A DNA stretch of 64,000 bases from Callorhinchus milii. Taxonomy: Eukaryota. Within the stretch, counting starts at the first letter, position 1. Each line of letters opens with the position of its first letter. Below are positions 1-11,300 of the stretch, one piece after another. A model generated the notes under the pieces. It ran no database searches, was not told where the DNA came from, and saw only the letters and a list, made by a program, of their open reading frames with translations. The DNA lies in NCBI RefSeq assembly GCF_018977255.1, contig NW_024704767.1, positions 4,712,001-4,776,000 on the forward strand, in the 5' to 3' direction. Both the position numbers and the translations under genes were made by a program.

Positions 1-347
1 ATAAGTAACATGGAAATTCATCATTTTCAAAAATAGGATTCCTTAATGGCCATCTGTGAGATCAGGCTTGACCTTTATCTCTTTTTTTTCCTACAGTGAA
101 TGTGAAGTAAGTCTCTAGAGATAAAAAGCTAGCAGCGTATATAAATATCTTGGCCAAGAGAACCACCCAGCAATATATTTCATCACAGGGCTGTTGTTGA
201 TTATAGCTTCTATCGCAAATTATCAGCATCTGATTAAACTAAAATCTGGCTTATTGGAGCTTGGGCGAACTAAAACTTGAAGCTGTAAATAACATTCCTC
301 CCACAAGTGGTAATGTTCTTTAATGTGTAATTTCTTCTACTTATCAG

Positions 348-558
348 ATGGAACACACGATCCTGGAAACAATGTACTGCTACTTGTGGAGTTGGAATAC
401 AGACGAGAGATGTTTTCTGCTTACGTATAGTAGCACATGATGCCGAGGATACCACTATCATTCCTGACGAGGAATGTTTGGGTCCAAAACCCTCTGAACT
501 GCAGGCCTGTAATCAGTTTGATTGCCCTCCATCATGGCACAAAGAAAAATGGCAGCCG
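348..558 (+). CDS. ADAMTSL3: ADAMTSL3 exon, TSP1 repeat (WNTRSWKQCTATCGVGIQTRDVFC...CNQFDCPPSWHKEKWQP)
   Basis: ttatcag|A acceptor, CCG|gtaagg donor; WxxxxW-C-x-x-x-C-G TSR motif. Confidence 0.93.
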
Positions 559-2318
559 GTAAGGGAGCATCAATCAAGTGTTTGCAGGAAGAATACCAAA
601 TTGATATCACAAACCCATTGTGGTCATTCTCAGATGACAGCTTCCTTTTATAGACAATGTAGCCAATTATGTGTCAACATGGCTCAGTTGAGCACTCTTG
701 CCTCACAGTCAGAAGGTTCTGGGTTCAAGCCCCACATCAGGACTTTGACAACAACAACAATAAAATTACATTTGTATAGCGCCTTTCACTTTGGGAGGAC
801 ATCCCAAGGCGCTGGACAGTCGGTGTTTCGGACCCAAGCTGGGGGGTCAAGATTGGGGAGGGCGGAGGGCAGGGGGGGAAGCAGGGTGATCGAAAGCACG
901 GTCAAAGAGGAGGGTCTTGAGATGGATCTTGAAGGAGGCAAGGGAGGAAATGAGGCGAGGCGAGGTGTGGGAGAGGACACGGGCTGCAGGGTTCTGGATG
1001 ATCTGCAGCCTATGGAGGGAGGAGTTGGGGAGGCCGAAAAACAAGGACTTTGCATAATCAGGCCTCGATGTAATGAATGCATGTACGAGGGTTTCGGTGG
1101 ACTGCAGTATGAGACAGTAGCGGAGCCAGGCAATGTTGCGGGGGTGGGGGAAGGCAGAGTGGTTCATGACACAGATGTGGGGTAGAAAGGATAGTCGAGG
1201 GTCAAAGAAGAAGCCAAGGTTCCGGACTGGCTTAGCAAGGTGGAGTGTGCAATCATGGATGGTGATGCTGTCAGCGCCTGAGGTGTGGAGGCGCTGATGG
1301 CGCCAATCAGGAAACCCTCAGTCTTGTTGACGTTCAACGGAAGAAAATTAGCTCTCATCCAGCACTTGATGTCTGACAGACATTCTGACAGAACAACAGT
1401 GGTCCTGGAGTCAAGGGTGGAGGCAGAGAGGTAGAGTTGTGGGTCATCCACATACATGTTGAGGTTGACCCCATGTTTGCGGATGATTTCACCAAGAGGG
1501 AGCATATCGATATTGAAGAGCAAGGGACCAAGGACAGAGTCCTGAGGAACGCCGCACAAGACAGTGTGAGGGCTTGAGGTGAAACCGTTTGTGGAGATGA
1601 AGTGGAGGCGGTGTGAGAGGTACGATCTGAACCAATCAAGGACAGATCCTGGAAGGTTGAGGTAAGAGGAGAGATGGTGGATGAGGATAGAGTAGTCGAT
1701 GGTGTCGAAGGCAGCAGAGAGGTCAAGAAGGACGAAGAGGCAGAGGGAGCCCTGGTCTCAGATGGACAGGATGTCATTTGTCACTTTGACTAGCACTGTT
1801 TCTGTGCTGTAGGTAGTACGGAAACCCGATTTGAGGGGTTCATGAAGGGAGTGGCGGGAGATGAAGGCACGAACCTGGGAAGCAATAACTCGTTCCAGGA
1901 CCTTGGAGAGAAAAGGGAGGTTGGAGATAGGGCGGTAGTTTTGAGAGTAGAGATGGGTCCAGAGAGGGTTTTTTAAGGATAGGAGTGATGACGGATGGTT
2001 TTAATGGAGTGGGAATAGTACAAGTGGACAGGGAGAGGTCTATGATATCTGTGAGTAGAGTGGCAAGAAAGTGGAGCTGGGAGGTAAGGAGAGGGGTAGG
2101 GGTGGGGTCGAGGGAGCAGGTGGTCGGTTTCATGCGGGTTATAGTGGTGGTGAGAGAGGAGTGGGAGACAGATTCAAAGATGTGGAGGGAGGGATGTGGA
2201 GGGGTCGGGGCCGGGGTGAGGGAGGGAGATGGGGAGCAGGTAGTAGATGGCTGGGCAGAAGCAGCTGAGCGAATCCCCTCAACTTTGGATTTGAGGAAGT
2301 CCAGCATCAACTCGCAGT

Positions 2319-2351
<33 letters not shown>

Positions 2352-5300
2352 CCTTGCATTTGATATAGCGCTTTTTACGTCGGGAGGACGTCCCAAAGCG
2401 CTTCACAGAATATACTGTAAAGTGAATTGACTGTATATGTGTGGGCGAACGCGGCAGCCAATTGCGCACAGCAATGTCCCACAAACAGTCGTAGATTGAA
2501 AATGACCAATTTATTATTGTTTTTCGTTTTGGGAGGGATTATTATTAGGCGTGTGGAGTAAGGAAACTTGCCCAAGGTTTCGCCCTGCCTGGAATTGAAC
2601 TCAGATCTCTCACTTGCAAAGCGAGTGCTCTAACCACTGAGCTACAGGACTCCACGAATCCTGTAGCTCAGTTAGCATTGGAGTGAGGATGGACGAGGCA
2701 TGAGAGAGTGGGTGGAAGAGCCAGTTGGTGATGGAGAAGAGGAGCTCACATTGTCAAGGCTGATACTCAAATACAATATTGGAGTTGTATTCCATTATCA
2801 GAGGTGCCATCCTATAGATGAAATGTTAAACCTGAGTGTTCAGGTGGTAGTTTGGACACTTGTTAAAAATAGAAGAGAGTGTCTCTCGGTATCCTTGTCA
2901 ACAACCCTTCAGATACAACTGGTCATTTATTGCATGACATTGCTACAGAATACACACTCACTATGCTTCACAGTAAATCCCATGAAGAGTTTTGAAATGT
3001 CCTCCTGTTATGAAAGGCACTGTACCAAATGCAAACATTGTTTTATTTTTAAAACAATGTATATATTCAAGAAGCCAAAGTTTGTATTGTGGTTATTTCA
3101 AACCCCAGATAAGATGATGTAAAGTTTTGTCTATAGCCATCTTCATACTGAAAGATCAGATGCAGTTTGATTCAAACTGATAGACACTGAATGTGAAATC
3201 TTCGAAGTGCAACTTTGCCGTGACCTAGTGTATGTGCCAGACAGGATCAGATTGCCAGAATTGTAGTTTCCCTCTGGGAAGAGAGTGATGGGGGATTTGA
3301 ATCAGACTGTTTACGCCAGCCTGATTCAAATTACACTGGTTCACAGCCAACTTCAGGAGGTGAGAGTTTTTTCTCCAAACTAAAATTGGAGTAAATAACT
3401 GCTTTACATTTACACTGGCAATGCTGATGTGAAACAGCTGCAGATTTAAAGCACACATATAATGGAACTGTGGGATGAATGGGAAAACAAAAGAGTCGGT
3501 TGTAAGATAATCGTTCCGTTAAAATAACGCACATCTCACACACTGTGAATGTGGCGCTTCTACCAAAGTCGATCCTAAGAGGGAATGTTGCAATCTCACG
3601 CTTGATTGTGATCAAGAGCCTCTGCTGGAAAGTGTGTGGGGGTGGGGGTGTCAGATGAGGGCATGACCCCCTTCTCCCCTCCCATGATCGAATAATCTAC
3701 TAAATAATAATTATAATAATAGAAAAAGGAATTTGTTAGTTCAACTTAAAAAATTGCCAGCACTTGGAGATGTACAATCTCCATAAAAGCACAATATAAG
3801 TGCCAGTGGTTTAGGCGGCAAACCCACTATTGACTTCGGACCTGAATGTACTCTTCATCAGTACTGTGTCATATGGTGGGAGTGAAGTCATATTACTTCC
3901 AGCATTAGAGGAATATGGAACAGGAAGCCTGGACTATACTTTCTGCTCCTCATCACATTGATTGTGAGACTGTAACCTCACACTTAAACCTCCTAATCCC
4001 TACACATGCACAGCTTCGGGTGTCGTTTGTTAACATTAATAAAGAGCCAGACACAGAAAAGTTCTAATGGAAGGAAGGGAAGGTTAATGTTTAATAAGCT
4101 CTGTTTATCAAGTTAATTATTTAATGTTCTCATTTTTTAATACAGTGTTCACAAACATGTGGAGGAGGTCTGCAGTCCCGCAAAGTGCAGTGCAAACAAC
4201 TTGTGACTGACGGAAGTTTCCTAAGCCTTCCAGAGGAGTTCTGCCTGGATCCCAAGCCACTTCCGCAGAAGCCATGTGTGAACATTGACTGTGCCCCTCA
4301 CTTGGCTTTAGGGGGGTGGTCAGAGGTAAATAAGGAACATGTCTCACCATGAAGTGTTTATCAGATGCATGTTTTATAGTATTGTTGGGTGGAACAGCTA
4401 ACCCTAACTCTAATTCGGAGTGTCTTTGATTCAATGTTCAAATTTACTTTAGTGGTTTTACAATTAATGTTGCTAGGATGCTATGAGCATTTACCAGTCT
4501 GCTGAAAAGATTTTCCTGTTTTGTTTTAGCAATAAAATAATCAGCACAGTCTCTGTTTCGGCATCTTATCTGGCGTTAATTAAATTAAATTGAAGCTGCC
4601 TGTAATATAAGTACATTACTCCGGCTCGAGATTTTTGGCAATTCACACTGAAATAGTCGAAGGTTTAATAGACAAGATGGTTTTATATTCTGTTTGCATT
4701 ATCTCTTGTTTCCAGTGTTCTGTAAGCTGCGGAGAAGGGATTCAGAGAAGAGAGTGGATCTGCCATCGGCTTGCAGCTAACGGTCAACAGATCACAATAA
4801 ACCAATCAATGTGCAGTGGATTCCCCATTCCATCGCTGTTTAAAACCTGTAGCATGTCTACCTGTAAAAGTAAGTGACTCGTAACGAGTTCCAAACAGTA
4901 CATATCAAAGCTAGTCTGATTGTTTGTTTGTTCATAGGAAACTAAGTGTAACCCCCTACAAACAAACATTTGTCTTTACTGTTGTAAGATGCAAGTGCTG
5001 CGAGGTTATGACAGCCTGGTTCCCACTGATTGTTCTTATTATCCGGCATTCCCAAACTCTGACACCACACCAAATTCTGCACCCCTCCCCCCCCACCCCA
5101 TCACCTCTGTTCTCGCCGGGTTCCACTGGATCCCTATTTCCAAACTGCTCGACATCAAGATCTGCACTCTCACCTACAAATCCCTTCATGTCTGAGCACC
5201 TCCCTATCTCTCTGAGCTTCTTCATCCTCTGCTTTACCCTGTCAGCTCAGTGAACTCAGGCCTGCTAAGTGCCCTCCGCCCCCTCCGCAGCAATATTGGT

Positions 5301-8300
5301 GGCTTATCCTTCATTTACTCTGTCACTAAACTCTAGAAAGTCTTCCCTCTACCTCTCCACTTCACCTCTCTCTGTCTGTCTTCAAGTCCCACCATAAAAC
5401 CTAGCTCTTCAACCAAGCCGATGGTCACCTCCACCTTCTCCATCCCCTTCTCCCTTGCTCAGTGTCCAACCCCGTTGTTGTGAAGCTCTTTGAGATGTTA
5501 TCGTACATGAAAGTTGCTGATATTGTTCAAAAGTGGAAAGTTTGAGAGCCTGTTTTGGTTCTGCAGTAAACAGTTTCAAAGTTTCCCCCTATTTGTTCAA
5601 TTTAAGAATCATATGCAGATGTTAAAACATTCACATGTATGAAATGTTCTTTTAATTAAGTAAAACAGATTTTTGTTGGTTGACAATTATTTTCCTGGAA
5701 AATTCCCAGTCCTCGTGTGCCAAACGTCTGCAGGCTCCAACATTTGAAGCAAATCCAACAGATTTTAAGACCTATTGCTTGCAGTATGAAAAAAACATGA
5801 GCAACACGCTAAGCATAGACTCCAGACAGATATAGTTTTGTATTGCAACTTTTATTTTAAAAAAATACTGATCAAGATTGAAGCATGTCAACGCTCAGAA
5901 ATGGATATTTTTTCCCTTTACTCATTCCAGGCCCCCCCCCAAGCTTTTCCCAGTCAGATTTGACATGGGTTATATCCAGGGTAAAGCTCCTGCTACACTC
6001 CCTCAACAATGTTCCATAGTTTGTCATTGGCACGCTGACAATGTAGTAGTTTTACCCTAGATAAACATTTGCAGGAACTTTGCATTTTTCCACTCCCGTC
6101 CAGAACCAGTGGTACGGAATTTCCAAGTGGGGCTTTTCCCCATCAGGGCAACGGGAAACCATTGCCCGGGGGGCCATTCCAGGTGGAAGCTCAAACCTCT
6201 TTTAAACACATTTCTTTCCTGTTTTTAACCACCCTGTTTGTTCCATGTTCAAAAGTTGTCTGCGGGTAACTTCGCCATGTGTGTTCAAACCCATTCTTAA
6301 AGCCCCTTTCTGGGCTGAGCCTGAGAGCACTGTTTCAAATCAAGCCCAGTATATCAAATGCATCCTGTGTGCCACTGGCTTCGTCATTGGCAAGCAAGTT
6401 GTATTAGTTTTTGGGAAAGAGGGTTGGTAGAAAAAGATGTCTTGCTGTTCACATCACAGCAGGAAGGGTGGTGGGAACATAACCTCTTACAAACTGAGTA
6501 ACCTTCAGGCTTTGTTACTATTGCTCCTGAAAGTAAGTCACTCTGTTTTTTTTTAAAAAAATGTTTGCTGCATTAGAATAAGTCGTACTGCTTCCAAGTA
6601 TTCCAGTTTGAGCAGAACCGTTCCTCAGCATTTTGTTCACGTTTTACTTGTGCATTTTTCTAGAGGTCAGAAAGAACCCCAAAGCAAAGGCTTCCCACAA
6701 GCAGAGTACCCGGGACCCTCAGATCATCGGTCTCCACCGAGTGTACATTCAAACCAGGCAGGAAAAACGGATACATTTCAGCATCGGTGGTCGGGCCTAT
6801 CTGCTTCCAAAAACCTCTGTTGTGATTAAATGCCCCGTAAGACGATTTCAGAAATCCCTAATTAGGTGGGCAAAAGATGGCCAAGATCTACAAAATACCA
6901 AACGAATTGGTATCACTAAATCGGGTTCACTGAAAATTCATCACCTCAAAGATGAGGATATTGGAATATATAGTTGCATTGCTGGATCAGTGAGTGATAC
7001 TTTTGTCCTCAAGCTGATTGGCAATGATAACAAATTAATCGAATCGCCTGCGTCTGCTAAAACAAAAACGGGACAAAGTTTGGGACCAGAGAAAACTGGT
7101 CACAATGGATCCAACAGATTGGAAGAGAAATGGACTCAACTGGGCAAGATGTGGCATAACTGGAGTGAAAAGAATGAATTTTATCTGGACAACAACCAGG
7201 CCTCTGACCGTGTTTTCCTCCGCCTTCTTGGAAATCATTTGGTTTCAAAGGGAAAGACGAACTCTGCAGATTCATACGATTCTCGAGAGCTTTACGATAA
7301 GCAACTAAAAGCCGCAATTTTCCGGGGAGCCTACAGTATGGACGCCAGTCAGTTTGAAGAACTTTTACGCAACGTGAGCCTGTGGATCGAGTCTGGCGAA
7401 TTAGCAGAAGATTACGCCTCTCTGCTCATGTATCAGTTAGCAGCCGAAGCCTCGAGACCGGAACCAACAGTAGAAAAGTGGAAAATGCCTCTTGAGGAGA
7501 ATGCATCAAATGCAAAATTCTTAGATAAAACCCCAAACGCCTCTGAAACCTTTAGCAATAAAGATGTGAATCGCCAGACAGAGAAACAAAATCCCACGAT
7601 TTTGCGGAAAAATCTTACTCATGTATTTCTGGAGAAAAATATCAATGTAACAATCGGCACACTGGCATTTCTGACAAGCCATATGGACCGGGTGACTTTA
7701 CTCTGTCAAGCTGCTGGATCTCCCGAGCAACAATTCTCTTGGACCAAAGATGGCTTACCTGTCACGCTTGGTAAAAGGTACGAAAATTACTCGTGTTCAT
7801 TTTTTACTAAAAGTTTACCTGTTTTACTCAGCCAAGAGAGTATCAAATAATTCAGATAAACCTTTGTACTCATCCTGTACAGCTTTAGAGAGCAATTGGT
7901 CCAGTGCCACATGTACAAATTCTGGTCGCTGTACTTCTGCAATTGGGACTTGCTGCAATTCAGAAAGGGTACAATACATGGCAATTCAACTATCTATTTG
8001 GATCAGACACCAAAACTCAGAGGAAAGGCAGCAGAAACTGGCAATGTTTACTGGCAATGAGAGCAAAACACTTGGGGAAGATTTTGATGAATCTTTCAAG
8101 AGACTGAGGGATGTAGATACACCAAGCCCAAATAATATTTTGGCGTGAAACCACAATATTTACAATACGGAGGGAATGGCACAAGCTCCAGAAGTAAAGA
8201 AACAGCCTTGGGTTGACTACGTTACACAGAGGTTGTTACATATGGAATAAACTGTCCGGGCGGACACTCATTCAGGAGGGAGCTGGATAGAGTTTTGTTG

Positions 8301-11300
8301 AAAGAAGTGATTGAGGGGTGCAAGTGATAGAAATGATCTGGTATTTTGTCTTTTCCGGTCTTGAACATTCCTATGTGTATCAATGCCTTTTCACAGTAGA
8401 ATCCAAGTATGCATGGCAGCACTGTCAGAGAATGAGTCAGAGGTCATTATTAGAGCAGTTTTTATGAGACTGCACACGAGACATTTTCTAATGGAAACCA
8501 CATTGTCAAAAATTGAACATTTAAAAATTACAGAATATATAAAAAAAAGTTATCTCAGGAAATGATTTGTGCAACCTTAAAAATAAATTACAATTGTAAC
8601 CCTCCATCCATAGGCTTGAGTAAGCATCCTAAAAGAACTGTACCCATTTCTATTGTATTTTATTTGCGTGTTTAGATCAAGTTGCTAGTTCAATATTCCA
8701 TTCATGCCTTTTTCATGTATCCGTGAATCTGTCATGTTTTCCATTCTGTCGTGCCACCTGGCCCAGATGCAACAGACCTTTTAGAGAATGGACTGAATTT
8801 TCCACTATTCATTTTCAGTATTAAACAGTGTCCAAGAACACACAGAACTGGAGGGTGTGGATATAGTGTTAAAAAGAAGCATTTGTGGATCAGTTTTCAA
8901 ATGCAACTTTTTTTATTAGAATAAGAAGAGATGTGAAGTCATTAGTGTGCTCTAAGGACATAATAATAATCATAAAAAGTAATAAACTCACCCTTATCTT
9001 CGAAATAGCACATTTAACACCTTTGAAATGTCTTGAAGCATTTAACAGGATCTTTACCTTGAAGTGTAGTGACTTCATTTGCAGGCAAACGAACGATATT
9101 AAGATTAGATATAGAATGTATGGTAGGATCCAGTCTAAAGATATTACAGTCTAATTCAACTAGAGTCAGCTGTTTGTTTTTTAAGTTACATTTTGCATCA
9201 TGTATTGCTAAGTCCTGTTAGGAAATCTCTTGTACACAAATTCAGTCCAACATTTGATACTTCACAGACTCTCAATATAACTTTTTCCTGTTTGGACACT
9301 TATTGGAGTCTATGCTCTCTCATTTTTTAAAAAGAATTAAAGATCTGGAAAATTTAGGAGTCTGGTATTATGTTGCCCAAGTTTATAATTATATTTTTGT
9401 TAATGTAAAAAAGATGCTATTTTATTCCACATTTGTTATTTTTCGTTTTGCTCCTAATCACTTCCATCTTCGCACATTTTTTCATTGCAGCAACTGTTCT
9501 GTTTTTTACCAAGGAGGTGTCAGCCTGGTTTAGTTGGTAGCACTCTCACCTCTCAATCAGAAGGTTATAAGTTCAAGCCCCACGTCAGAACTTTAAAACT
9601 CATAGTCGAAGCTAATGAGTACTCTAGTGCAGTGCTGGGCGAACACTACATTATTAGACGTGCCTTTCTTTGGAAGAGATGTAGTGCCGAGGTCCTGTCT
9701 GTCTGTTCAGGTGCATGTTAAATGCCCATGGCAGTTTTCCCAAAAAAGAAGGGAATTTTGCCAACAATCTCCCAAATGAAATTGATCATTCACCTCATAG
9801 CTGTTTGTGGACATTGCTCTGCACAAATTGGTTGCCAGGTTTGCCTGCAAATACAGTCACTGCACTTTACATTAAATCTTGTGAAGCACCTTAACATGCA
9901 TTGATGTCATGATAAGCTACTCTATCAAATGCAAGGCTTATTGTTATTATACCATAAAGAGGAGGTGAAACAACTATTGGGCGAAGGACTTTCCTTTTCT
10001 TGCCTGAAATGGGACGTTTTCTCCCTGAAGCCCTCTCGTGCCTTCTCACACCCTGTCAAATTGAGGTGTGCTAAACACAGGTCACAATAAGTAATCAGTG
10101 TTGCATTACACCCTCTGTTTGCTAAGCATTTGACAATCCAATTTATCCATCAATAAATCTTTCAGGGCTGCGTGAAAAATGCTTTGTGTTGAGTTAATTG
10201 TGTAAAAATGCTTGAATCTTAACATACCGCCTTGTCACGCTGAAAGATCACAATGCGTTCCCGAAATTTGATATATTTTGAAGTTTTATGTAGGTTAATC
10301 CTTGCCAGCAATGCCCCACAACCAAATGATGCAATGTATCAATCAAGTATCAAATACCAGTTGATCTGTGTGCCTAAGATCTTAGAATCAGGGTCAGTAG
10401 TAAATACAGCCTTGCCTGTTGCTCTGAAGATAACGTTAGTCGTCATCTTCTGTGCCCCTGGCTATTTTAGTCACTAAACTGGAGATTTAAGCAGCATGAA
10501 GCAATTCACCATATATAACTGCATTAGGTCATTGTGATGGGCTGCTGGGTATATTAACTTTCAGCTGAATCAAAAGTACCAATACAAAGCGGCTTCTAAT
10601 ATTCCTCATTCCCACTGAGTTCTTGTGCCACTGTTTCCACACCAGTGGAATTATGTTCACCTCCGGAGAATTCTAATGATATTTGAAGAACAGTCGGGCA
10701 GATTATCTGAGATTGTATTATAATATAATCAAAACATAGAGAAATGTGTAAAGTGTTGAAGGATATTAGATTTGAAAATTAAATTGTGTGTGCTCCCTCT
10801 CTGCTTTGCCTTGGTCTTACTAAAAAAAATTGTAAATGGTTTTGATAGAAGAAACAGACAGAACTACGTAGAACATTACAGCATGGAAACAGGCCATTTA
10901 GTCCAACAAGTCCATGCCAGTATTTATATTCCACATGAACTTCACCCCTCCTAATCTCTCCCATACCTTTCTTTCCATCTCCCTCATGTATGCATCAAGT
11001 TTCCTCTTAAATACGTTAATGCGTTGTTTTTTTGCTTTAACCACAGCTTCCGAAAGCGAGTTGCACATCATCATCCATTGTGTAAACTCCCTTTTAGATC
11101 TGCTGTTGGCTATCATATTGATGCTATAGCATTTTGGATTCAACAAGTGGAAACATTAACGTAGACAGTGACTTCCATTGATTAATGTGTCATTGACAAG
11201 AGAATATAAATTAGGATATAAAGAGGATTACCACCAGAAGAAACAAAAGGGAACAAGAAAAAAACTGTTTTTGCCCAGAGGATTGTCAGGATATGGAATA

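Larger units (their letters stand above)
680..3048 (+). mobile_element. Old tRNA-derived Deu-type SINE split into ~680-748 and ~2744-3048 by an L2 insertion
   Basis: A/B-box head (ggctcagttg...ggttcaagccccac) on the left, body and ...tgaaaggcactgtaccaaatgcaa tail on the right. The two halves are collinear with the uninterrupted copy at 9524-9950. Confidence 0.7.

Noticed and set aside
559-2484. ORFs 478..1185 (beyond the exon), 786..1133, 1355..1777, 1840..2484 and 1985..2323
   Set aside because: Read-through into, or alternative frames of, a frameshifted L2 and a SINE. The poly-Tyr stretch is the (TTA)n tail.
7778-8148. 132-aa ORF 7750..8148 as an extension of ADAMTSL3 or a nested gene
   Set aside because: Different frame from the exon, overlaps a degenerate CR1-like fragment, and the phase-correct donor at 7778 joins exon 19795.
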